DNA of 62,140 nt, filler included, from Choristocarpus tenellus KU-1152 (lineage: Eukaryota; Protista; Phaeophyceae), in NCBI GenBank assembly GCA_964200185.2. It is 10 parts of 10 records of this genome, joined end to end, with 100 filler letters (N's around TTAATTAATTAA, not from the genome) between each part and the next. Parts side by side here need not be neighbours in the genome. Positions count along the whole stretch, not along the records: positions 23,470 to 29,048 come from CAXNAD020010360.1; positions 29,149 to 36,823 come from CAXNAD020005775.1; positions 36,924 to 49,239 come from CAXNAD020001876.1; 7 more parts are not named here. The stretch is one strand, 5' to 3'. The notes beneath the pieces were generated by a model. The model was not told the origin of the DNA. It did not search any database and saw only the letters and a list, made by a program, of their open reading frames with translations. Both the position numbers and the translations under genes were made by a program. Shown piece by piece: positions 23,470 through 37,037 of this stretch. Each line of letters starts with the position of its first letter. Position 1 is the stretch's first letter.

Positions 23470-26040
23470 GGGTGCTGGGGCGGGAAGGGGACAGGGGGAT
23501 GGCCCTGCTCTGTGATTTTGGGTTGAGCAACTTGCTCAGGCATGGACTGGATGTACCAACAATGATTGATTGTGGGGGGGAGGAGGGAGTGGAAGGAATA
23601 TGTCTCTGGCCTTTGAGACAAGCACCGCCAAAGGTCCTCAATCTGCCATACACGATAAGCCCTGAGAGCGATGTTTATATGTTTGGGACAATGCTTTTTG
23701 AGGTGAGTTTTTGGGGAGGGGAGATGAGGTAATGGGTAGTTGGGGGAATAAAGTGGACTCTGGTGGGGTGTTGTTTGTTACGATACATCTGTGAGGGGGT
23801 GGGACATGAATCTTCTGTGTCTAGCAAGTTATCAGGAAGGCTTGCGGTCTTCTTGTGGGAATTGTGTGCTTCCCCCCAGAAAAGTCTTAATCGTTCTGTG
23901 TTTGATCTCCCTATCCCCTACAGAGGTAGGTTGTTTTGGAACATTTTCACTCTCTGTTATGAAAAACATTTGCCACCATGACCCATCCCTGTGTTGTGCA
24001 CAATTGTGTATGTAAAGTACAAAAGTCTTTGAGGGGTACTTGCTGAGGTCTCTCTATATCTCACCTTGCCAATAGTCTGCATTCTTCTGCTGCAATTTGT
24101 GTGGACTGTAATTTCTATTGATGTATGTGGATTGATGTATGTGGATTGTGGACTTATTTTTCTCGTGGGAATGCCTTGCACTTGTCCCTGTCTTTTTTTT
24201 TTGCCAGTATCAGTAATTTTTTTTACAAAATTCAGAGGCTGAGGTCCTTCCTGGTCTGATCTGTGGAGCATCATACCCCATAGTAAATTGGTCTCCTGGA
24301 TTGATTGTGTTGATTTTCCCATTTTCCATTGAGCCCATCTCCTGGACCCCCTGGCCCATCCTATGCTTACATCTTTTCGTCCCACTATGGTCCCACTATG
24401 GTCCCACTATAGGGAATCTAGGAGACAGTCCGTGCAATTCGATCCCAAAAATCAGAGACTGGGGAGTTAGATATTGGTTTAATCTGTGGGTCATCACCCC
24501 ACCAGTTGCACTACTGTCTTCCCTATTGTAATATATATTTTTTATTATTTTGAAAAATCAGAAGTTGTACAATCAAATCCTGTCTGGACTGCTTTTTTCA
24601 GCTCCCTACTGCAAGAAGATTAGGGCCGAAGTGAGATAAGGAATGCAAAAGTAGGCTCAAAGGTGAAATGCCAAGATTGAGATAACTGCTTGGGGAGAGT
24701 ATGCAACCAGTAGGGTGATGGCCCACAGATGGATTATGCCAGGAAGAAGCCCAGCTTCAGATTCTGTCAAATGTGTAGATACAACTGTTTCACCGAGGCA
24801 CACAGTTGCCGTGGAAAAAATGGTGTCTCATTGGCAAACGATGTTTATGTTGCAGTTGATCGTTGAGCCCTGCTTTGATAATGGTGGTGCTTTTTGAGGT
24901 CTATTCTGTACATTGGTTAAGTCCTGTCTTCTGCCCATCTAGTCCTTGCCAAGAACAATATTGTACTAGGTGCAGATGGTGTAATTATCCAAGCAGTGTA
25001 GTTGTTATCTCTGTATGTAGCAGGCATTTAGTTATGTTGCTTTGCAGGAGAGAAGTGGCGTGTGATCTAGACAGGGCAATTCGACATGGCCGCGCCTTTG
25101 CACAGGGCCGAAAAAGGTTGGAGATCAGATGGTCGTCATTGCACCGGATTAGCTTAAAATTTTGGAAAGAAAGGTGTCTGACAAGAGAACGAGAGCCTGC
25201 ACCAGGCGTTTGATATTCTGCGTTGATGATTTCCCTTGTTGTCTGGAGCAGTCGTAAACATAATTCAAATTGAAAGCGCGACACTGAACTCTTGTCTTCC
25301 AAACAAAGTGTACGAGACCCTAACCCTAAGCCTCATTCTGTCGCGAAGTAGGAGCAGTAAGTGTCTGCATGAGGTTTTCGTGTGCTTTATCGGGTATACA
25401 GCTGTATCACCGCCCTTTCGATATATATATCTCCAGATATTTGGGGAAGTGGAACACCAGAGCATGTGTACAGACACCCTATTGGTTGGTGATTCAAGGC
25501 CTCCTTGCGTATCATTCCATTCACAAGATAACAGATGGGACGTCTATTTCGCCTTTGGAATTTTATTGCCGGCCTCTATTCTTCCTCCCTCTGAAGATCA
25601 GGCCTCACTAGCTGTCTATGTTCAGTAGTTGAGACAAAAAATATTTGAACAAGTATGCCCCCTGCAACGAATGCGACACTGCCTCCCACAGTTTTAGGAA
25701 ACTCCCCGATTGACCCCACTTTTCCTCATTCCCTCCCCTTTGCACCGGTCAGCTTTTCTCAGGAGAGGCTCCATTTGCTGGTGTCAGTAACACTGAGGCA
25801 GTGGCTCTCATCCTTGAAGGCAAGCCGTTGAAACCACCCTCGATGCTTGTAAAACAGGGAGGTCATTCTGGCGTGCAGCTTTTCCAGGACTGCTTGTCAG
25901 GGCAGGCTGCCAACAGGCCAACAATGGAGCATGTTGTGACACGCCTGGAGAACATGCTCGCACCCCCTAAGTCTTGGACTGCCCATTCTCCGGATAATGC
26001 TGTGGTTGGTTCTTCCCTTATTCCGTGCTTGTCCCGGTGA
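23470..26040 (+). CDS. Protein kinase (tyrosine-kinase/TKL-like) C-terminal lobe, partial
   Basis: Exon <23470-23702 (LCDFGLS..WPLRQAPPKVL..SDVYMFGTMLFE|GTGAG) joins in phase 0 to the exon starting at 25753 (LFSGEAPF..DCLSGQAANRPTM); kinase subdomains VII-XI. Confidence 0.85.
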
Positions 26041-28199
26041 TTCTTTCAGGGGTTACTCTGCTCTTTATATTAGGGCATAGGAAAAGGGGCATGGGTGGGT
26101 ATTTCAGTCACTTTGCTGGGTAGGGAAGGAGAACGGATACAATGGAAGTTTTTTTTTTCTGTGCTCTTTGAAGAGTGGGAGAGAGCGAGAGAGAGAGAGA
26201 GAGAGTTATCTGTATGAATGTCCTATTTCTTTTTTTTCTGTTCTTTCGTAGTGTTGTGATTTTATTTTATTTTTTCATTTGGAACATACATATATATATT
26301 GTTATTGGGGTAGGTGCATTTTTTTTTTTTCGCAGCGCAGAGGTTGATCGTGTGTTCTAAGGGGTCCTTTTCTCAGTAGAGAGAGGGTGATGGAGGGCAT
26401 TCATTCTTTTGGTTGTGTTCTTAGATGCATACGTCACTTCCTTTGTGGTGTTCTTCTTTTTGGTAAGTTGAGTAATAAATGTAAGGTAATTTGTAGTGAG
26501 TGAGTTACGACTGGATCATAGAAGCTGTGCAACACGTAGTTGTGATTTCATGGTTCCATGCATCCTAAGCTGTCACATTGTATTGGACAGTTGTAAATTT
26601 TTGTGGTGCTTTCGAGCTGGGGCCTCTCGGGGAAAGGGCCAAGGTCTCAAAGCGATGGAGAGCGAGAGCATTGCCTGCTGTACTATAAACTGATATGTGA
26701 AGGATGAGAGCAGGACTGAAAGCTCTCCCTTCAACCAACTGGGGCGCCTCTCTTTTGATTGTGTAGGTTAGGTTGTTTCTTTGGGGAAGTTGGAGTGTTG
26801 TTGGATTATTGTGCTCGGCATGTATGTTCATGCATGGCACTGTTCTCTTGCAGTCTCCGGTTGCATTTTGGCTTCTTGTCAGTGCATTGGTCTTAGAGGG
26901 TCAGAAAGTGCATCGATTGGAGAGTTGCACAGAACATTATTCTGTACTGTATCTGTTGTATGCCATCTGTCCTTAGCCTGGCTTTTTTGCATGGGGAATA
27001 CCCTGCCACACTGGGCAATATGCATGGGGTGACATACTGACCTGTATGTCTGTATATGTAGCACATAAAAGACAAAAGCAGTATTTTGCTACTGTTAGTA
27101 ATATGGTGTACCTGGTGTATCAGCGCAATGTTGGTTGGGGTTTATGTTGCCCTCTTTCATACCACAGCGCATATGAGATGATATCACAGTAGTGTTGTCC
27201 GCTGAGGGCTCTCAGTCACAAGAAAAGCAGGAGTGTTTTGTATTCCTCGTGCTAAGTAAGTGGTTTTGGAAGTCGCGATTCACATTTTACTGGTATAACA
27301 GTAACTGCCCACCACACATGGCCATGGTGATTGATAGTGCTCAGCCTGAGGCAGGTCCTGAGCTATGTAGCATGTAGTGCATAAAAGGAATAATATTAAT
27401 GTACAGTAATAGTATTTTTCAGTACATGCATTACTAATGTATGGAGTGTGTGTTTAGGTCGTTGATCACTTTTTGTGCCAACAAGTATATAAGTTGTGAT
27501 GCATGGCCACACTAACATATAGATCAACCTCTCTTCCTATCATGGTACCTGGCAGAGAGAGCTTGCTTAAAACAGTTGCTATTCCCAGGGGTCAAGTGTA
27601 ATACACAGCAGCAGTACGTGTTCGTTTTGTTAATACAGATTCGATGCCCTGTATAAAGTCTACAAATAACAAAGAAATGCAAGCGCAACAAACCTGTTGG
27701 TGTCCCATTATCGCAATTGGTGTAGCTCTATCAATAGACTTGAATTATTAGTCACTTTTGGTAGAAAAGTAGGTGTTCATCTGCAATCAATAATGTGGGA
27801 GTGGGAAATGGATGGATATGTTGTATACTATAGCAGAGGACTGTGAAGATACCAGAAATATTATATCAGTTCTCCCCCCAACAAGCAAGACGTATGTATG
27901 ATGGAATGCAGGTAGGTAGGATCAAACGTTCCTCCTGTTCTTTTTTTGAATACTACGACTCGTTCACTGATAGCTTGCTGGACTCCAATAATGGATAGGA
28001 CGGATTGACGTATTATGGGGAAAGGAAAAACATAATATCGTTTGGCCTTCTGGTGGGCTTCAATTACTACGACTGTAGTAGCAGTGGACGACTACCAACA
28101 TTGTTAGAGTTGCATTAGGATGCACTCCATATACATTCAGCACCGCAAGCCCAAAAGCACACCAACATCACATATAAATCCCAATCTCCTACTGAGTGA

Positions 28200-29020
28200 G
28201 GTTTTTGTATAAAGAACAGAGTATTTACATACAGCCAGTGGCCCTAGACAGGCTGTTTCTCGTCGGATCATTGTCATATCATGTGGGCTATACTGTGCGG
28301 GTCGTTTTGACTTTCAGAATATAAAAATGTTCAATTTGTTGGCGAAGTCGAACACCCCCATCATCCAGTCAGAATATACTCACCGATCAAACACAATTAA
28401 CTTACTACATCACTTTTTATCATTTTTCAATTTCTTTGAGGTGCTGTGTTCTCCTTTTGTGCCTACCTTTGTGTATGGTGAATCAATTCAACTAACGGTT
28501 CTGTTGCTGTTGTTAAGTGAGGAATGTACTTCCTTACAAAGTTCTAGAACCTAAGAAAGACTACAAGCCTTTCGCAGTTTGAGGGGGATGCATTTCTAAA
28601 ATAGCTTCAATGCGAGCTTGTGATATAGCTATTTCTTGTGAGATATCCTCATGTCCCAAGTATGGATTTGCTTTGAGCCAAATCGACGCTTGGATGGCTT
28701 TAGCGTAACCCCTACAGTTTGTGATGTTGATTGTACTGTAGTGACTAAATGTTTGTGGTGTGCCCAAGATGGGGAGGCCACAACAATATCGTCTAAATAT
28801 ACCAATAACCCAGAGGTAGAACCGATTGTAGAAAAAGTTTCAGACGAAGCGTTAGAAGATCCAAGATGCGTTTTGGAGTCCAACATGGTACCCTCTGAAA
28901 CTCCTATTTCTCATCTGGTGTGATGAATACAGTTATTTGTTGTTCGCATTTCTCAGTAGTTATTGGTAGTTGCCAATAGACTGATTGGATATCTAGACAA
29001 GACAAATATTTCGAACATCT
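28200..29020 (-). mobile_element. Decayed Ty3/Gypsy RT fragment
   Basis: YLSCLDIQSVYWQLP; LVYLDDIVVAS; VTLKPSK; YLGH; PPQTAKGL.SFLG..NFVRKYIP. Confidence 0.8.
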
Positions 29021-29187
29021 GACCCAATGTATCTGGGAGGGTGGGGGGNNNNNNNNNNNNNNNNNNNNNNNNNNNNNNNNNNNNNNNNNNNNTTAATTAA
29101 TTAANNNNNNNNNNNNNNNNNNNNNNNNNNNNNNNNNNNNNNNNNNNNCCCTCACAAACCACCGCCCCCCCCCAGATATTTTGACCC
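29021..29187 (+). mobile_element. MITE family B ends on either side of a linker (29021-29048 and 29149-29187)
   Basis: GACCCAATGTATCTGGG and CCCAGATATTTTGACCC. Confidence 0.7.
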
Positions 29188-31796
29188 AACTCTTTGTACT
29201 TTTGACATCCAAGATATTGCTCCTCCAGTCACTGACCTACAACCATTCCAATCTCCAGCATAACTAGCATCAGCATACGCACTCAAGTCACACTCAGTAT
29301 CAAAGCCACCAAAACTCAATCCAACACTGGGACACCTATTCAAATATGCAAAAATATATTTTACTGCACGCCAATGTGTGACTTTGGGATTGCTACTGTA
29401 CTTGGCAACTTCACGAACTGCATTTACAATGTCAAGCCTAGTCATAACAGATGCCCACATCAAACCACCAACTGCCTCTCTGTACGGTGTATTTTCATCA
29501 ACACTTGGATGATTCTTACTCTTGTTCTTCTTTGCCCCATCCATACCAAATCTTTGACACTCTTAATGTACCTAGTCTGACTGATGGTGATAGTCTGTGC
29601 AGTTCTGTCATGTGAAATCTCACAACCCATATAATACTCAAGATCACCAAAGTCTTCAATGGAAAACTGCTCCTTAATCCTCGAGCAAACCTCAAATCAA
29701 AAAATCAATTTTGCCAGCTACCAAAAGATCGTCTACGAGGGGGACTATCACAGCAAAAACAACGTCATCTCTTTCGTAGCGTAAAACGCAGGTATCTGCC
29801 CTGCATTACTCAAAACCACACTGTTCCAAAACGTGCACCAACAGATTATTAAAGTCCCTGCTAGCCTATGTGGTGCCATAAAGTGCCTTGACTAAACGCA
29901 AAATCTTTCCAGACCATATACCACATCCATGACATAAACGAACAGAGATCTCTCCACGAATGTCTGCTTGGATAAAAGCTTGTTTCACATCCCAATGCTT
30001 CAATTCCCGATCCTTATCGCAGCTAATGCTAAAGAGTGAAAGTATCTTAGAGGGTACAAGTTTTGCCCTGTTCGTCTATTTGAGGCTTGGCTTTCCATGA
30101 GGTTTTTTACGACATTTTCCTACTCCAAAATGTTTCATAGTACGTAAAATGTATATGTTATGAAAAGGTGTGTCCGGAACAAGGATAATGATACTTCCTA
30201 ACAATCACGATAGTCAAAATTACATCAAAATCTCAACATTGCATTTTGGAACCAAATGGACGCGCCCCTACCCTCTAAGATACTTTGACTCAAAGCCTTT
30301 TTCAAAGACGCAGGGGACGGTGTTGGTGCAAAGGTATCTCGGTAATCTAAACCCTCAATCTGTCGAAAACCTTTTGCTACCAATCGTGCCTTGTATCTAA
30401 CTACCTCACCAAATTTGTTAGTGTTACGCTTGTGAATCCATTTAGTGTCTATTGCACTGCGTCCAGGGGATAATACAGCCTCCACCCAAACATTATTCAA
30501 CAACTAACCAGACATCTCTTCTGCTCTAACTCGATCCCATTAATCAAATTCGGGAGAGCTACGTGCTGCTCTTACAGTCTTGGGTTCTGGAGGGAGCTCA
30601 TCCGCTAACACTCTAATAGAATTATCACTCGCACACATCACAAGGGTAGTCTCTATGGAAACAGACAAACAAGTCATAAAAAAAATTGGACATGTTAAAA
30701 ACAGCAGCTTTGGCGGAAGTAGGATGATTGCCTGGTCTGGTGCGGTGGGGAAGGATGTTGTCTTCACCATTTCCAATGCTGAGTCGTCGTAATTCCCTTT
30801 CATATTGGCTGTCCTTGGCCTCATCCACCCCATCATCATCACCATCAGTGCTATTCACTTCCTTAGCCCTACTCGCAGATTGTGAAGAGAGAAGATTGAA
30901 AGCTATCTTCGGGACAAGTGCAACAGACGTCAGAGTAACATGCACCCATTCATCGCGGCCAACATTGAAATTCAAATCAATCTTGCCATACCCCATAATG
31001 GGTAGTGATGTGCCGTCAGCCACGGTCATGTTGTGGCCTTGTGGACATGTGGTGAAGTCATACATGTACATAGAGTCTTTCGTTACACTATTGGAAGCAC
31101 CCGAATCAAAACACCACGTTTCGAAAGCATCCAATCTCACCGTACCATTATCAGCCACAGTGGCTAACATGGTCTTGAACTTCCTAGATTCCCTAGCTGG
31201 TTCATCTGGTTCAACTAGTATTCCTGCCGATTCTAACGGGTTTGCCCTCCTCTAGGGGCACACAGCCCGCAGGTGGCCATTCTTCCTGCAACTGTAACAT
31301 GGTCCTCCAAATGTACAGGAACCGAAATGTCTAACCAATCCACACTTATCACATCTCTGTCGGGCCTTGATTAGCCACCTGGAACGGGATCCTGTCGTCC
31401 CAGGGTCAATACGATGACCAGCCGTACCCCGGTTGCCACCTCCGCCAGCCTTTTTAACTGTCCTCACGGCCAGAGCGCTCCCTGGCTCTCCGCGATCAGC
31501 TGCTTCCCGTTGAAGTGAGAAGTAGCGCGAACGAACAGCTTGCTGTATCGTGGCTCTCGAACGCTGGCCTTGGTGGCCTCTTCTTCACTGACATCTTTCC
31601 CCTTAGTGAATTCCATGTCACCCACTCTGATGAGTTTCTTCTGACCCCGTGTTAGACCCATCAGAAGCCATGAGTGATGCAGTACCAATTCAAACCAAAC
31701 CAGTTCGGCTGTGCCTCCCCCAGCTAGAGTTTGGATTAGACGCTTAAGCGTTTTGAGAAGCTTGGCGCATGTAAGGCTCGTCGCCAAAAGCTAGCA
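29188..31796 (-). mobile_element. Decayed Ty1/Copia element with integrase deleted
   Basis: Knuckle CYSCRKNGHLRAVC; PR WCFDSGASNSVT; RT EPKTVRAA, AIDTKW, YKARLVAKGF, HWDVKQAF, YREAVGGLMW, TRLDI; RNase H AYADASYAGD. Confidence 0.92.
30034..30291 (-). mobile_element. MITE family A inserted in Copia RT
   Basis: GAGTGAAAGTATCTTAGAGGGTA...TACCCTCTAAGATACTTTGACTC splits PASLKKA/LALAA; flanks AAA(G)/AAAG. Confidence 0.9.
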
Positions 31797-31818
31797 GTTG
31801 AATTACATGGTAAAACAT

Positions 31819-32221
31819 TGTCAAGAATATGCTTTTTATTTATGTGTAAAAGATTATTCTATAGGAGAATCATTTGAGTTGTCGAACTATTATGATTCGA
31901 TAATGGGATAATTGATAGGAAAGCATTTTGTTGAGTAATCGTGAGAATATTATCTGGGTTATTATAGTACAACACAGAGAATGAGTTACGTGTTAAGTGA
32001 GTGACGTGTTATTTGAGTGACGCACGAAGGTTGTAGCAAGTGGCACAGAGAAAGAGTGATGTGTTATTAGATAATGAATCGTAGGATGATAACCCCCCTT
32101 TGAGCTTTGAAGTTCACTCTCCTTCCTTACACTATCCTTACTTCATGTACAACCTGTTCTGCATAATAAGGAATTAATCGAGTCATCTACTTACACCTTG
32201 GGAACAAAAGTTTCTTTAACA
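31819..32221 (+). mobile_element. 5' LTR (403 bp) of Copia element
   Basis: TGTCAAGAATATGCTT...TCTTTAACA directly upstream of gag; termini shared with LTR 13285-13604. Confidence 0.8.
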
Positions 32222-35200
32222 TGCTAGCTAGCACTACCTATTGAATTGTGCTATGTTCTCAAGGCTAGCGTTAAATCGATTTGAGGGGGAGTCCCGATGG
32301 AGGAGGCCGTCGGTTACAGAAGACGTACTTCGAGAAGAGCGGAATATGGAGACACGACACCTGCAACACCAGTTGAAGAAGGTGGAGAGGTGGTCGAGTC
32401 TGAGGATGATGAAGACAGAGGGGCGGTTAGCAGAACCGCGCAACAGGGGGTACCAACTGGTCGGAGATTAAGACGACTGATTCCATTGCCATCAACGTTT
32501 AAGGTCTACAGTGGCGATGATGATGGTGATGGATTTGCCATGTTTGAGAGAAAATTCCTTTCGTGTGCTGCCATGGGTGGCTGGAAGGATGCGTTGTTAT
32601 CTGATGATCACATCAGAGTCAGCAGCGATTCCCTCGACGATACACAAGATGGTCTGAATGTGAAATAGAAAAGGCGAGTATGCTATGGCTGCTCTGGTGA
32701 TGGCTTTGGATGGGTTCGCGGAAAAAGTGGCGAGCAATCACGACAGTCCTTCCGAAGCTTTCCAAGCTTTAAGGAACCACTTTAGGAGAAGTGGTATCAC
32801 CGAAAGGGCTAATATGAGATCGAAGCTTCAATCATTACATTTACCTGCTGGAGAGGATTCATCCGCAGTCATCGTGGAACTGGACAGCATTGTGAAGAAA
32901 ATGCGATCCCTGGATGATGAACTGAGTGATTAGGAGCAATTGAGTGCCATGCACAATTGCTTGACCGAGGAATATTTCATTGAGATTCGCCAGGTCACAG
33001 GATGTGGTCGGGCAGCACGGATAAATCTGCAGCAGCGAGTTTGTGAAACATATCAACTTCGTAAACGACAGCTTAATCGACGGATGGGAAACAATGGTGG
33101 TGCATTGATGGTTGGAGGTCCCCGTTTGAGAAATGGAACTGCTGGTTTTCAGAAGGATCGGCAGTCAAGACGTGTCGAGTGCTGGCAGTGTGGAGGACCA
33201 CACTTTCAATCTTCCTGTCTCCCTGTTGTTTCGTCCCGTTCTGGATCTTATACAGGTTCTTGTTATGTCTGTGGAGCAAAAGGACACAAGGCTTACTGTT
33301 GTCCCAAACGCGCTGGTGATTTGGGAGAATCGGGTCAACGATCGTCTGGAGAAAAACTCCCCGAAGGAAGAAGAAGAATGGACACAATCGGGGGAGAATT
33401 ATATTGGAAAGGGGAAAATTCTCTTCCATTAACCCCTTCTTCTGGAGGACCTGGATTGGAATTTGTGAAGACAAATGGGAAGAATTATGGATTGTTTGCA
33501 TTGAAAGCTAATCGAAGAAGCTTCTTGACAATTCCTGACCTGCCCTCAAGACAACTACCTTAAGTACCTGACATGACAGAGAGGATTGTGTCAGGACTAG
33601 TTCTAGCCGAGGGGGAGGCGGGAACTGACGCACTCGCCCTGACAAGGGCTGGAGGAGATACCGTCACTGGTGGAAAATCTGAGGAGACTGCAATTTTAGA
33701 GGAGAATGTTTCAGCGACAGGAGTGAATACCCTTGAGGGGGTTTCAGGAGATGCCATCGACCCAGGGGGGACTATTGAGGAGGAATGGCCTCCCCCAGAT
33801 GTGGCTGCAGTACATGTTGGTCTAGAACGATCGACTAGAGCCCAAGCAACGTCAGAGGAGGATGTTGTGGCATTTGATGAGCTCGCCCGGGGTGGGGCTG
33901 GAGCAATTGTCACTGCCCCATGGGGGCTGAGAGGGGGAATGAGACCCACTAGGAGTATGGACATAAATCAAATGCATCATCAGCTGGGTCATTGCCATTA
34001 GGCGATTGTACGCAGGAATGCCAAGGAACATGGTTTCAATCTCACTGGAGAGTGGTAACAATACTGCAAGGGGTGCACTATTGGCAAGGCTCATTGGAAA
34101 CCAGTACCCAACGCAACAGAGAGACAAATATTCAACATGTGTGACTGTGTTTGGGAACTTTATTCTGTCTCTGAGATTAACAAGACTGGGGATGGAATCT
34201 TGGAGGAGAAACAAGACGACTTTGGGCTGAGCACTGAAGACTTGGTGCTGGAGGAAATTCTTTGGGATCGAAAAAAGGGGTTCCAGAGGAAAAGACTTAT
34301 AAAGGCGTGTCTTCGGAAAAAGTGGGTTTGGATTTGGAAAATGGAAGTACTGATGGGATACTGAACACTGTTGCTGGTGGTATGGATCCACCTACGTCTC
34401 AGCAGGGGAGTGGTGGAAAGTTGTTACTGCGACTAGTGGACCATAACCACGACCCCTCATCTGAACCTGGTGAACCATCGGAACGGACTAAGGTATGAGC
34501 GAAGATTGACTGGTCTAATTGTGGATGGGAAAGATAACCCCTCCCCACCAGGACCTAAGACCATGAGAGCAGCGACAGAGTCTGAGGAGTGGCCTTTGTG
34601 GAAAGCTGCTACTCATGAAGAAGTGGATGGTCTGGATAGCAGGGGAGTGTGGATTCAAGTACCTCGCTCCACTGATGGTCACAAGGTACTAGGGACAAAG
34701 ATGGTTTTTGACCGAGGCAGATGGATGGCAAAGGGAGAGTGCAGAGGTCCAAGGCGGGACTAGGACAACCAGAATTTTCTGCAGGTGGAAACTTTGCTGC
34801 TGGAACAGGGAAACCAGGAGACTTGTGGTGGATCGGAGTTTGAAGTTAGAGAATTGGCATTTGGTGTGAAGAATCCAAGTTTGTCTGATTGATTGAATGC
34901 TAGGAGAGTGATTGGGTGCCTATTGGGTGCTAAAGAGCATGGAATTACCTTTGGTGATTTTGGATTGTATGGAAATGGACCAAGGGATCACTTAATTGGC
35001 TATAACAGATGCTGATTATGCTAATTGTAGAGACAGTAGATTGTCTATTTCAGGTGGTGTTGTGATGTTTGGGGGAGAATGTGTCGATTGGTGGTCGAGA
35101 AAGCAGAAAATGGCTACACTGTCAACTGCTGAGGCTGAGTATGTTGCATTGTGTGAGTTGGGGAAAGAGGTTATGTTCCTCAGGCAAGTGCAATATTCAT

Positions 35201-35468
35201 GCAACCACTCAGTAAGGATTACGCTGTATCTGTGTTCGAGGAAAATGATGGTGCAATCAAGATTGCTAGGAAGGCAGTATCTGGTGGTAGAACCAAGCAC
35301 ATTGATATTACGTATCACTACATACGTCAGTTGGAGAGTGAAGGCAAGATAGTAATTGGGCATTTGCCAACAGAGTTTCAACATGCTGATCTTTTTACTA
35401 AGGTTTTGTCTAAGGAATCTTTCAATAGGTATTCCAGTGTTATCATGCGTAGAATGAAGTGGAATTGA
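32222..35468 (+). mobile_element. Decayed, internally deleted Ty1/Copia element (gag, pre-integrase, partial RT, RNase H)
   Basis: SEAFQALRNHFRRSG; CWQCGGPHFQSSC and CYVCGAKGHKAYCC; MHHQLGH; GPKTMRAA; TDADYA..SISGG..SRKQK..LSTAEAEY; EENDGAI..RTKHID..QHADLFTK. Confidence 0.9.
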
Positions 35469-35540
35469 TTTTTGGTTTAAGATAAGTCCAAGAATGTTTT
35501 GAGGTGATATTTTTTCACTTGAAGTTCAAAGCAGGGACAA

Positions 35541-36529
35541 ATGTTATCTGAGGATCTCCAAGAATTCGCCCAAGATAAACCTACAATAGTCGGGGGGGTA
35601 CAATATAATTTAACTGGAACCATAATCACCATGGAACAAGAATTGAGAGCCAGCGCAGCACGAGTCAATCAAAAGCAGAGGCTGACATTGAGGGACTGGC
35701 ACAACATATTGGGACATATCAACCCATCAGCAATAAAGCATCTAGAGAAACGTGGACTTTTGGAGATCACCGAAGCTGCTGTGGCGTCAGAACTGCAGTG
35801 CGAGACCTGCAAGGAATGCAAATCCGAGGCCTTAAGCTATCAACGAGGTGGCAGGGCCCCAAAGCAGCCCGGCGAGGTTGTCCACACGGATTTGGCCGGA
35901 CCTTTTAAAGCAGACATCACTTGTCACAAATATTTCCTGGTATTTGTCGATGAGAGCAGCATAGACAAGAGGGTTTATGGATTGAAAACCAAAAATGCAG
36001 CGACGGATGCAACCACTGCCAATATCGACCAGATGGCAAGAGAAGGTATACAAGTCTAATATATCAATAGGGATGGTGCTGGCGAGCTTGGGAGATCGGT
36101 GAAGTTCCACAGGATACTGGCGAACAACGGTACACGCTGGAGGAAATCTCCACTGAGAACACCACAGATTAATGGGATTGCCGAAAGGGCTATAAAGCAA
36201 CTCATGGGGGCAGCAAGGAGTCAACTGGGAAAGGCTGGGCTAGGCGACGAGTACTGGTTCTTTGCCATCACGGACGTCGCCTTCAAGACTGGAGGCATGC
36301 CACATGAATACCTGGGAGGAGAGACGCCATGCGAGCGTCTAACAGGTAAATCCTTCAACTACGATAGACTTCGGGCCTGGGGGAGCGAGTGCTGTATTCA
36401 CTAGGACAAGCAGTAGAGGGGAGTCAGTTCAAAGTTTCATTCATACGCCAAAAGGGGTATAATCATGGGACATGACCATACATCACTGTGTTGGTACATC
36501 TGGCTTCCTCAAGAGGTCAAGTTGGTAAC
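35541..36529 (+). mobile_element. Ty1/Copia integrase fragment (separate element)
   Basis: WHNILGHIN..CETC; VVHTDLAGPF; LVFVDE; RDGAGEL; TPQINGIAER; ETPCERLTG; LRAWGSEC. Confidence 0.9.
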
Positions 36530-36823
36530 TGTTGAAACCTGAATCGAATTCATTGTACATGTAAGCAAAATGCGTAGACTACTAGTGATGAGGAATCATG
36601 GTGTTACAAAGCACCAATGAGTGATATGCGTAGTCTATGTTATGAATAGGTGTGATTGTGCTGCAAAGCACCGATGTATTTATTCTGGTGTAACTGAGGT
36701 CATTGATCTCTCAGTCAGGAATTATGCAATGTGTGTTAAGAATTCTTGGTTGCTCAATCCAGAATGATGTGATGTAAATTCAGTGTTCTTTCATGTGATA
36801 CTCAACGAAAGAAGTCCATGCTC
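36530..36823. mobile_element. Possible LTR fragment
   Basis: Abrupt switch from integrase to non-coding sequence starting TGTTGAA, with internal CAAAGCACC repeats. Confidence 0.35.
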
Positions 36824-36947
36824 NNNNNNNNNNNNNNNNNNNNNNNNNNNNNNNNNNNNNNNNNNNNTTAATTAATTAANNNNNNNNNNNNNNNNNNNNN
36901 NNNNNNNNNNNNNNNNNNNNNNNGGGGAAATTGGTGGGGGGGTCTCT

Positions 36948-36988
<41 letters not shown>

Positions 36989-37006
36989 AGGGGGGGGAGG
37001 GGGGGG

Positions 37007-37037
<31 letters not shown>

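Noticed and set aside
30031-30294. 3-bp TSD (AAA) implying a PIF/Harbinger (Tourist) MITE
   Set aside because: Five other insertions show 4-bp TSDs; this one is explained as AAAG with loss of one G at the junction.
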